The position numbers were made by a program, and so were the translations under genes. Below are positions 42,513 to 54,316 of a DNA stretch of 64,000 bases, piece after piece (the stretch's first letter is position 1; each line of letters begins with the position of its first letter). The stretch lies in assembly GCA_039096225.1 (NCBI GenBank), contig JBBPEB010000028.1, positions 806,001 through 870,000 on the forward strand. Reading direction: 5' to 3'. Source of the stretch: Blastocystis sp. Blastoise. Lineage: Eukaryota; Protista; Bigyra: Opalinata. The notes beneath the pieces were generated by a model that saw only the letters and a list, made by a program, of their open reading frames with translations, had not been told where the DNA came from and searched no databases.

Positions 42513-43200
42513 CTCTCTACATAATTCTTCTAATAATATAGTATAATGTCATCATTTGATTCTATATATATATATAGAATTACTTCTTGTAATAAATGAG
42601 GATATTGATCAATGATATTTTAAAGTATAAATAGTTATATAATTATATATATATATCTAGTGATATATACCAAGATATATATAAATTAAAGATCAAATAA
42701 TATATATTTGAAGTTGTAAAGTAAATCCAAAATGATTAAGTATATATATATATATATAAAATTATTTTTATTATAATTAAATAAATTTATATATATATAG
42801 TATAGAAAGAAAATTGATGATTGTATATCTATAATGTTAAAAGTTGTAAAATAGTATATTAAGAAAGAAATGTTAATTGAGAATAAAAAAGAATTGATGT
42901 GAATTATAAAAGTAATATATATATATGGTATGATGAAGCTATATAGAATGAGATGATGAGTTTATTTGTAGAAGAAGAAAAGTTGATCAATATATATATA
43001 TAAGGTTATATATAAATGAATAGAAACAGAGTAAGTATATAATATATAAAGTCAAATAAAGAGATAGAGAAGAATAAGAAGTTAATAAGAATAAGAGATA
43101 CCCAAATAGAATCCTAGAGAGATTACAAACAAAGTATATATATATATATATTACATCTTTAAAAACAGTTCTTCTATAGATAAATAAAATCAATTGATTT
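41672..43200 (+). pseudogene. Decayed multi-exon gene of unknown family, running into the left palindrome arm
   Basis: ATG 41672, a series of GT-AG introns and protein-like segments (WDIDISDRLDHSVHKKGVIYNFLLR|RDLEVIKDNKTLQVIMEKYQKQF) broken by many stops; 3' limit unclear. Confidence 0.55.
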
Positions 43201-45263
43201 TATTTTGTTTTAAAATATATACTACACCCTTCAATAATATAAAAAGTATATATATATATATAGATTATATCAAAATATATATATTATATATATATATAGA
43301 AAAAATTCATAATAATTTATAAAATTCAAATAAATATTAATATAGAAAAGATTACATAGTTTTCGTATAATATATAGTTATTTATTTTTAATATATTTAA
43401 AAAATATATGAATATGTTAACAATATATATATTTTCTTATTAATATAAAAATATTTTCATTATATATTTGTTGATATTATTTATATAGTTGATTATAATT
43501 GAATTATTATCATTTATAAACTATATATAATTAATTATGTATTATTTATTCTTAATACTTGCTATATATACAACAAATCAGTTTTATTTTTATTATTATA
43601 TTTATATATATATATAAAATATAATCAATATCTTAATGTGATTATATATAAATATTATTATTTTAAAATATATTTTAGTTAATTAATTTGTTTTATTTAT
43701 TTTGAATTTATTTAAAGAATACTAATAAAATGTGATTTATTGCTTAAATAATTAAAAAATAATAATAAATATAATTCCATTTGATTTTAAAACAAACAAA
43801 CTAGTTGACTATTTCAATTGTATTAATATATTGATTAATATAATATTCAGATGAATCTAACAGTATACTCTTTTGTAACTCAATTGTTTGCTAATAATAC
43901 TAAAGAAGAAGAAAGAATAGAAAATGAAAAATGTTGTGATCTATATTATTAAATTATACAATATATCTTTTATATTATTGTGATTTTGATACTATATATA
44001 ATAATAAATAAATGATATCATATAATATTCTTCTTAATGTTCAATATATATATATATTTGAAATAAGTTTATAAATAAATTTAAAGATTTAATAAATATT
44101 AAACAAATACGAAAATATACTTTATATATATAGAATATGATTATAATAATAATATACTTAAAATAATATCATGAATTATTGGAGATTCCTTAATTGATAG
44201 ATATTTGTATTAAGAATGATCTATAAAATGAAATGTTAATTTTATTATTTTAATATAGAAAATAAACTATTATTAATATAAATAAAGATAATATATTAAT
44301 TATTTTAATTATATTTTATATAATTATAAAAATATTATAATATAATACAAACTATATATATATATATAAATAAGAAAATATACAACTAATCCACAATTTC
44401 TATTGACTTGAATAGAATATATATATATATATATATAAGAATATTTATAATAGAATTCTTTATTTATATACTTTGACACGTTGATTTTTTTTATTGTCGT
44501 GTTTTACTTTTTAACTTTTTAATTTATCTCTATGTTGCTAATATACTCTATATATACTGCTATTCTATGTTAAATCACTAAAAAATAATATTTTTTGATA
44601 ATATTTTTTTGTCGTGTTTAGATGACTACTATCATCATATGACTATATTGTGATTTTGAAATATAAAAAAGTATTAAATACTTAATCATTTACAAAATAG
44701 CAATTCTTTAATTCAATATTTATATAAAAAATATTTTAAAAATTAATTTAAAATCACGGGGATAAATAAAATTTCTAGCGAATTTCGAAAAGAATATTCA
44801 AAAAACAAAAAAATGTCGCTATTTTTTAAAAAATCATGAGAAAATTATGAATAAAGAAATGATAATAGCATTAATTTTTAATTATTTTTGTATTTTAATG
44901 TTTTAATTTATAATAAATCTCATTTGATTTATTAATTATATCAATATTATGTTTTTATAAGACAAATATACTTTCAATTACTATAATTTTCGAAAAAATA
45001 TTTTTTTTGTTTGACAATTATATTCAATAAATTGACTTAAATGACATAATTACATTTTATAATGAAACTTAAACTAAAAATCAATATTATCTTCAGATGT
45101 TAATTGAAGATGTCAGTGATTATTTTCAAAATAACAATTTTTTAATATAATTATGAGTTATAAAAACAATTTAAGATGTATATAAACAAAAAATATAAAA
45201 TAATTTTAGAGTTTGTTCAAAATGTGTGATCTTTGTTATTCATAAATTTATATATAATAATAA

Positions 45264-45307
<44 letters not shown>

Positions 45308-47104
45308 AAAATTAATAATTATTTATGAATTTAATTACTTATTAATAAACTAAATGTAAATACATTAGAAAACATAAATTTTTAAAAATATATTTTCAAA
45401 TAAACTATTTTAATCATCTTTAGTTCATTTCTTTTTTAAACTATCTTTATTTAATAAAATCTATTTTTATATAGATAGAATAAATGTATATAATATGTTT
45501 TTAAAAGTAAATTATAATTATCACTCTTTACTCTTAAATTAATTTTTAATAATTTTATTTAATTATATAATAAATATCATTTTAATCGTTTTAAGAGTGT
45601 TATAAACAAAAAAAATTATATAAGAAGAATGACCTGTCAATTAATTGTTGTCTTTTTCAAGTGCTATTTTCATAAAATAATGTCAGTTTCTTTTTAAAAT
45701 GAATAAAATATAATAAAAATAAAAATTTTATTTATTTAAAAATATATATATATATAAAAGAAGATAAAAAATAAGAAAACACAATAAATATTGAGAATTG
45801 ACTGAAATTTCATTTTTTAAATAAAGAATAGGATGATTTTTTCTGAATATTTCTCTTTCGATCTTGACTTTATTTTTATTATAATTCATTTAAAATGTTA
45901 TATATAAATAGATAAATGAATATTGTTAAAAATACTACATTTTTATACATATAAAAGACAAATTCCTTTTAACATGTTACATCATGTTACAAATAATAGT
46001 ATAAAGAAATCTTTAAAATAATTATTTCATTGTAATATAAATTATATCTAAAAGCTATTTTGAAAATTTGAGTTTAAAATAAGATGACAAAAGAATCATC
46101 TGTTTTACATTTGTCATTGTTTTGTCAGTTTTAAAATCTTATTTATTTAATTAAAATTTTGTTTTTTATTAATTATTAATAAATTAAAAATAAAATAGTT
46201 ATTTTTTATTCTCTTTAATAAATAAAATCGAAAAGAAATATTGTGTTTCTTTCATACTTTCATGATTATTATTTGTTTCTCTCTTAATATTTGTTAATTT
46301 TTTTTTAAGAAAAAGGATTATTTTAAAAATAAGTATTATGCTTTCTAAAGAGATTAAGTGCGACTTTTAAGAGTATAAAACATTTTTATAGAAATAATTT
46401 TGGCAAAACAAAACAAAAAGTGACGAGATTTCTCTTGCAAACATACTAGTGAAAAGATAACAGACTCATTATCTGAATATCTATAAAAGAATCAAATCTC
46501 TTATGAGAATAAATAACTTGACATATCTGTTTTTACTTTTTATGATCAGAATATAAATTTGTAAAGATTCAAATAATTCTTTATTTTGAATGATTCTATA
46601 AGTTATAAGATAGATAATATATTTAAAATATAGTCAATAAGTCAAATAAAATTTTTTTTTGTCAATTGAAAAGTTTGATACGTTGTCTTTTTAAAAAATA
46701 ATGTTTAAGAAACATGATTAAAAAATATATTAAAACTATTTATAAATATGTCAAAGATACATTTAAAAAATAACGAAAAACTTTGAAAAGAAAGGATGTT
46801 TGTGATCTCATCACGTATATTTATAAGAATTCGATCATGTTCTTCATATGACTGGCAATATATGCCATTAATTTTATCTCAAATAGAGAATCTCGATGTT
46901 TTCTTAAGTTTTGGGCCTTTATAAATAGGTCTTTATTCATCAATACTCTTTTTTTGAAACACAAAATACTCTATTTCTAATATGATTGGATTATTTTTTA
47001 AATAGTAGAAACATATAATTTTTTTTGAAATAAACCAAGAAACATGATTTTTAACACAAAAATACACAAAATTTATTTATTTTCTTGATTATCAAAAAAT
47101 AATA

Positions 47105-47952
47105 ATGCCTATTATTCAGTGTCAATTCTTCACTTCAGTATCTCTTGAAAAATGTTGAATTTGTGAAAGTCTTTTCTTGTTGTGAAAATAAAAATATTTT
47201 AATTTTATTTTTAATTTTTGATTTAGAAAATGAAGCATTTTGGTTTTGCTGTTCGTGTCGTGAGACTTCATGGGAAGTTCAGTCTTCGTAAGAGACTGAA
47301 TGTAACCATGTCATCGATGAAGCGACCTATGAAGAAGTATTGGCACTTATTCAAGCGCCAATTATTTCAAAGTATATACATATATATATATATTATTTAT
47401 ATTAATTATTATTGTTTTTTTTTAATTATTATTATTTTTTGCTTATATATTGTTTATATTAATTATTATTATATTTTTTAATTATATATTATATATATAT
47501 ATTATTATACTATATATATTTATATAGGATCCCTTTTGTTGGTGAAGATGTTTTTATATTTGGTTCTTTTCATATACAAGAACATCTTCAGCTGGCTCAG
47601 TATTGGACAGAAGAGTCCAGACAGACCTGCTATCTTGAAAAAGGTTTGTAAAGGTTCTGTCTGCTCTTCTAAGAAGCATCATTCTTGTAAAAAACGTGTT
47701 TCCAAAAAATCCAATACTGGTGAGAATGATACTGTAAAAGATGATGATGTTAAAGACAATACTGTGAAAGATGATGACGTTAAAGAAGATGATGTTAAAG
47801 ATGATACTGTGAAAGTTGATGACGTTAAAAATAATACTATGAAAGATGATGATTGTAAACATGATGATGTTAAAGAAGATGATGTTAAAGAAGATGATGT
47901 TAAAGAAGATGATGTTAAAGAAGATGATGTTAAAGAAGATGATGTTCAATAA
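47105..47952 (+). other. Spliced gene or pseudogene ending in an acidic KEDDV repeat (left copy)
   Basis: Higher-GC exon-like blocks separated by GT-AG introns; open frame from ATG 47230 across the intron into the repeat until TAA 47950-47952. Confidence 0.5.
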
Positions 47953-48332
47953 GATGATGTTCAATAAGATGATGATCAATAAGATGATGTTAAAGAAGAC
48001 GATGTTAAAGATGATGTTGTGAGAGATGATGATGTTAAAGATGATGTTGTGAAAGACGATGACGTTAAAGATGATACTGTGAAAGATGATGATGTTAAAG
48101 AAGATACTATGAAGTATCATTTTTCACAGTATTATTTTGCACATCATCTTCTTTAACATCATCTTCTTTAACATCATCTTCTTTAACATCATCATGTTTA
48201 CAATCATCATCTTTCATAGTATTATTTTTAACGTCATCAACTTTCACAGTATCATCTTTAACATCATCTTCTTTAACGTCATCATCTTTCACAGTATTGT
48301 CTTTAACATCATCATCTTTTACAGTATCATTC
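47725..48332. repeat. 15-bp tandem repeat (GATGATGTTAAAGAA) arrays meeting tail-to-tail at ~48110
   Basis: Directly visible; orientation switches at GATACTatgaAGTATC (48103-48118). Confidence 0.93.
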
Positions 48333-48951
48333 TCACCAGTATTGGATTTTTTGGAAACACGTTTTTTACAAGAATGATGCTTCTTAGAAGAGCAGACAGA
48401 ACCTTTACAAACCTTTTTCAAGATAGCAGGTCTGTCTGGACTCTTCTGTCCAATACTGAGCCAGCTGAAGATGTTCTTGTATATGAAAAGAACCAAATAC
48501 AAAAACATCTTCACCAACAAAAGGGATCCTATATAAATATATATAGTATAATAATATATATATATAATATATAATTAAAAAATATAATAATAATTAATAT
48601 AAACAATATATAAGCAAAAAATAATAATAATTAAAAAAAAACAATAATAATTAATATAAATAATATATATATATATGTATATACTTTGAAATAATTGGCG
48701 CTTGAATAAGTGCCAATACTTCTTCATAGGTCGCTTCATCGATGACATGGTTACATTCAGTCTCTTACGAAGACTGAACTTCCCATGAAGTCTCACGACA
48801 CGAACAGCAAAACCAAAATGCTTCATTTTCTAAATCAAAAATTAAAAATAAAATTAAAATATTTTTATTTTCACAACAAGAAAAGACTTTCACAAATTCA
48901 ACATTTTTCAAGAGATACTGAAGTGAAGAATTGACACTGAATAATAGGCAT
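48107..48951 (-). other. Inverted copy of the KEDDV-repeat gene (right copy)
   Basis: Reverse complement of the left copy with fewer repeat units; stop TAG 48107-48109 lies across the palindrome centre. Confidence 0.5.
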
Positions 48952-50748
48952 TATTATTTTTTGATAATCAAGAAAATAAATAAATTTTGTGTATTTTTGT
49001 GTTAAAAATCATGTTTCTTGGTTTATTTCAAAAAAAATTATATGTTTCTACTATTTAAAAAATAATCCAATCATATTAGAAATAGAGTATTTTGTGTTTC
49101 AAAAAAAGAGTATTGATGAATAAAGACCTATTTATAAAGGCCCAAAACTTAAGAAAACATCGAGATTCTCTATTTGAGATAAAATTAATGGCATATATTG
49201 CCAGTCATATGAAGAACATGATCGAATTCTTATAAATATACGTGATGAGATCACAAACATCCTTTCTTTTCAAAGTTTTTCGTTATTTTTTAAATGTATC
49301 TTTGACATATTTATAAATAGTTTTAATATATTTTTTAATCATGTTTCTTAAACATTATTTTTTAAAAAGACAACGTATCAAACTTTTCAATTGACAAAAA
49401 AAAATTTTATTTGACTTATTGACTATATTTTAAATATATTATCTATCTTATAACTTATAGAATCATTCAAAATAAAGAATTATTTGAATCTTTACAAATT
49501 TATATTCTGATCATAAAAAGTAAAAACAGATATGTCAAGTTATTTATTCTCATAAGAGATTTGATTCTTTTATAGATATTCAGATAATGAGTCTGTTATC
49601 TTTTCACTAGTATGTTTGCAAGAGAAATCTCGTCACTTTTTGTTTTGTTTTGCCAAAATTATTTCTATAAAAATGTTTTATACTCTTAAAAGTCGCACTT
49701 AATCTCTTTAGAAAGCATAATACTTATTTTTAAAATAATCCTTTTTCTTAAAAAAAAATTAACAAATATTAAGAGAGAAACAAATAATAATCATGAAAGT
49801 ATGAAAGAAACACAATATTTCTTTTCGATTTTATTTATTAAAGAGAATAAAAAATAACTATTTTATTTTTAATTTATTAATAATTAATAAAAAACAAAAT
49901 TTTAATTAAATAAATAAGATTTTAAAACTGACAAAACAATGACAAATGTAAAACAGATGATTCTTTTGTCATCTTATTTTAAACTCAAATTTTCAAAATA
50001 GCTTTTAGATATAATTTATATTACAATAAAATAATTATTTTAAAGATTTCTTTATACTATTATTTGTAACATGATGTAACATGTTAAAAGGAATTTGTCT
50101 TTTATATGTATAAAAATGTAGTATTTTTAACAATATTCATTTATCTATTTATATATAACATTTTAAATGAATTATAATAAAAATAAAGTCAAGATCGAAA
50201 GAGAAATATTCAGAAAAAATCATCCTATTCTTTATTTAAAAAATGAAATTTCAGTCAATTCTCAATATTTATTGTGTTTTCTTATTTTTTATCTTCTTTT
50301 ATATATATATATATTTTTAAATAAATAAAATTTTTATTTTTATTATATTTTATTCATTTTAAAAAGAAACTGACATTATTTTATGAAAATAGCACTTGAA
50401 AAAGACAACAATTAATTGACAGGTCATTCTTCTTATATAATTTTTTTTGTTTATAACACTCTTAAAACGATTAAAATGATATTTATTATATAATTAAATA
50501 AAATTATTAAAAATTAATTTAAGAGTAAAGAGTGATAATTACAATTTACTTTTAAAAACATATTATATACATTTATTCTATCTATATAAAAATAGATTTT
50601 ATTAAATAAAGATAGTTTAAAAAAGAAATGAACTAAAGATGATTAAAATAGTTTATTTGAAAATATATTTTTAAAAATTTATGTTTTCTAATGTATTTAC
50701 ATTTAGTTTATTAATAAGTAATTAAATTCATAAATAATTATTAATTTT

Positions 50749-50794
<46 letters not shown>

Positions 50795-53510
50795 TTATTA
50801 TTATATATAAATTTATGAATAACAAAGATCACACATTTTGAACAAACTCTAAAATTATTTTATATTTTTTGTTTATATACATCTTAAATTGTTTTTATAA
50901 CTCATAATTATATTAAAAAATTGTTATTTTGAAAATAATCACTGACATCTTCAATTAACATCTGAAGATAATATTGATTTTTAGTTTAAGTTTCATTATA
51001 AAATGTAATTATGTCATTTAAGTCAATTTATTGAATATAATTGTCAAACAAAAAAAATATTTTTTCGAAAATTATAGTAATTGAAAGTATATTTGTCTTA
51101 TAAAAACATAATATTGATATAATTAATAAATCAAATGAGATTTATTATAAATTAAAACATTAAAATACAAAAATAATTAAAAATTAATGCTATTATCATT
51201 TCTTTATTCATAATTTTCTCATGATTTTTTAAAAAATAGCGACATTTTTTTGTTTTTTGAATATTCTTTTCGAAATTCGCTAGAAATTTTATTTATCCCC
51301 GTGATTTTAAATTAATTTTTAAAATATTTTTTATATAAATATTGAATTAAAGAATTGCTATTTTGTAAATGATTAAGTATTTAATACTTTTTTATATTTC
51401 AAAATCACAATATAGTCATATGATGATAGTAGTCATCTAAACACGACAAAAAAATATTATCAAAAAATATTATTTTTTAGTGATTTAACATAGAATAGCA
51501 GTATATATAGAGTATATTAGCAACATAGAGATAAATTAAAAAGTTAAAAAGTAAAACACGACAATAAAAAAAATCAACGTGTCAAAGTATATAAATAAAG
51601 AATTCTATTATAAATATTCTTATATATATATATATATATATTCTATTCAAGTCAATAGAAATTGTGGATTAGTTGTATATTTTCTTATTTATATATATAT
51701 ATATAGTTTGTATTATATTATAATATTTTTATAATTATATAAAATATAATTAAAATAATTAATATATTATCTTTATTTATATTAATAATAGTTTATTTTC
51801 TATATTAAAATAATAAAATTAACATTTCATTTTATAGATCATTCTTAATACAAATATCTATCAATTAAGGAATCTCCAATAATTCATGATATTATTTTAA
51901 GTATATTATTATTATAATCATATTCTATATATATAAAGTATATTTTCGTATTTGTTTAATATTTATTAAATCTTTAAATTTATTTATAAACTTATTTCAA
52001 ATATATATATATATTGAACATTAAGAAGAATATTATATGATATCATTTATTTATTATTATATATAGTATCAAAATCACAATAATATAAAAGATATATTGT
52101 ATAATTTAATAATATAGATCACAACATTTTTCATTTTCTATTCTTTCTTCTTCTTTAGTATTATTAGCAAACAATTGAGTTACAAAAGAGTATACTGTTA
52201 GATTCATCTGAATATTATATTAATCAATATATTAATACAATTGAAATAGTCAACTAGTTTGTTTGTTTTAAAATCAAATGGAATTATATTTATTATTATT
52301 TTTTAATTATTTAAGCAATAAATCACATTTTATTAGTATTCTTTAAATAAATTCAAAATAAATAAAACAAATTAATTAACTAAAATATATTTTAAAATAA
52401 TAATATTTATATATAATCACATTAAGATATTGATTATATTTTATATATATATATAAATATAATAATAAAAATAAAACTGATTTGTTGTATATATAGCAAG
52501 TATTAAGAATAAATAATACATAATTAATTATATATAGTTTATAAATGATAATAATTCAATTATAATCAACTATATAAATAATATCAACAAATATATAATG
52601 AAAATATTTTTATATTAATAAGAAAATATATATATTGTTAACATATTCATATATTTTTTAAATATATTAAAAATAAATAACTATATATTATACGAAAACT
52701 ATGTAATCTTTTCTATATTAATATTTATTTGAATTTTATAAATTATTATGAATTTTTTCTATATATATATATAATATATATATTTTGATATAATCTATAT
52801 ATATATATATACTTTTTATATTATTGAAGGGTGTAGTATATATTTTAAAACAAAATAAAATCAATTGATTTTATTTATCTATAGAAGAATTTGTTTGTAA
52901 TCTCTCTAGGATTCTATTTGGGTATCTCTTATTCTTATTAACTTCTTATTCTTCTCTATCTCTTTATTTGACTTTATATATTATATACTTACTCTGTTTC
53001 TATTCATTTATATATAACCTTATATATATATATTGATCAACTTTTCTTCTTCTACAAATAAACTCATCATCTCATTCTATATAGCTTCATCATACCATAT
53101 ATATATATTACTTTTATAATTCACATCAATTCTTTTTTATTCTCAATTAACATTTCTTTCTTAATATACTATTTTACAACTTTTAACATTATAGATATAC
53201 AATCATCAATTTTCTTTCTATACTATATATATATAAATTTATTTAATTATAATAAAAATAATTTTATATATATATATATATACTTAATCATTTTGGATTT
53301 ACTTTACAACTTCAAATATATATTATTTGATCTTTAATTTATATATATCTTGGTATATATCACTAGATATATATATATAATTATATAACTATTTATACTT
53401 TAAAATATCATTGATCAATATCCTCATTTATTACAAGAAGTAATTCTATATATATATATAGAATCAAATGATGACATTATACTATATTATTAGAAGAATT
53501 ATGTAGAGAG

Positions 53511-53546
<36 letters not shown>

Positions 53547-53641
53547 GAGAAATATATATGTTATAATAAATACTATAAAAAGTATAAAAAAGAATAAAAT
53601 ATTAAAAAAAAACATAAAATGAACATAAAACTTGAATATAC

Positions 53642-54087
53642 TTTTTTAATATCTTTATTTTCGAAATATTTTTTAAAGTAATTAATAGTACCTTCTGATT
53701 CATCTAGATTATCTATCCATATTCGTGGGCCGTTGCCAAAATCATACTGAGGACCACAATAGATAGAAGCACAAATCAATTTACCATTTCCTATATAGAT
53801 AAATAGATAAATTTCTTATGAATAATAAAATAGTTTTATAAGCATACCTATAGGAGATTTATCCATATCGATATCACGAACTTCTGTATCACAAGCATGA
53901 TATTCATCTTTTAATTGCATCAACTAAGACAATAAAAGAATATTAACTTAAAAAATACTTGATTCACAACTTTCTCTGCAGTTTCCTTATTGTTGACAAT
54001 AGTAACTCCAGTTGCAGTTGCTATGAATCGATTCGACAATATATTTGATGAAATGAACAGCTTTTTGGTCAATAGCAACCTTAACAT
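53642..54087 (-). CDS. 5' fragment (118 aa, 3 exons) of POP-type organellar family A DNA polymerase
   Basis: Targeting-like MLRLLLTKKLF; HACDTEV (ExoI), GKLICASIYCGPQYDFGNG and WID..YFENKDIKK match plant/protist organellar Pol I; downstream exons absent from the window. Confidence 0.88.
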
Positions 54088-54316
54088 TGACTGTTCAATA
54101 ATCGTTAAGTATTATAATAGAGAGATAGGATAATGAAGTATATTAATTTATAATTAGTAGAGTAGTTGATAATCTGAATGTGAAGAACAATGGAATTATA
54201 ATAATATTCTGTTTCACAATTTTTTTGAATTTTGAAGAGAATTTAAAATTATAATCGAGAAACAAAAAAAAAACAACTTTTTTCTTTGATTTGCGTTTTT
54301 CGATTGAATAATTGTT

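Larger units (their letters stand above)
42483..53540. repeat. ~11 kb inverted duplication (arms ~42.5-47.9 kb and ~48.1-53.5 kb)
   Basis: Mirror-image ORFs 47230/48826 and 47536/48520; AAAACCTCTCTACAT at 42508 versus ATGTAGAGAGGTTTT ending at 53515; both outer ends lie in (TA)n. Confidence 0.97.

Noticed and set aside
47139-47226. GT-AG U12-type intron (donor GTATCTCTT)
   Set aside because: Donor is only partly U12-like and there is no clear TTCTTAAT branch element; the host frame contains a stop
41020-47990. Stop-codon reassignment (TAA/TAG as Gln/Glu) suggested by in-frame stops in the MIF-like, 41672 and KEDDV genes
   Set aside because: Conserved genes end at TAA and show no internal TAA/TAG; the affected regions also have frameshifts or TGA, which fits ordinary decay
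47725-48332. CRISPR-like array
   Set aside because: Contiguous 15-bp coding-type tandem repeat with no unique spacers, in a eukaryotic context
47554-48574. NIIFF-repeat ORFs 47554-48120 (-) and 48137-48574 (+)
   Set aside because: Antisense reading of the KEDDV repeat; no independent support
42483-53540. Palindrome as a DNA transposon or foldback element with giant TIRs
   Set aside because: No transposase, RT or integrase motif; the left arm is continuous with a flanking pseudogene and the POP gene does not resume on the other side, so it is not a simple insertion
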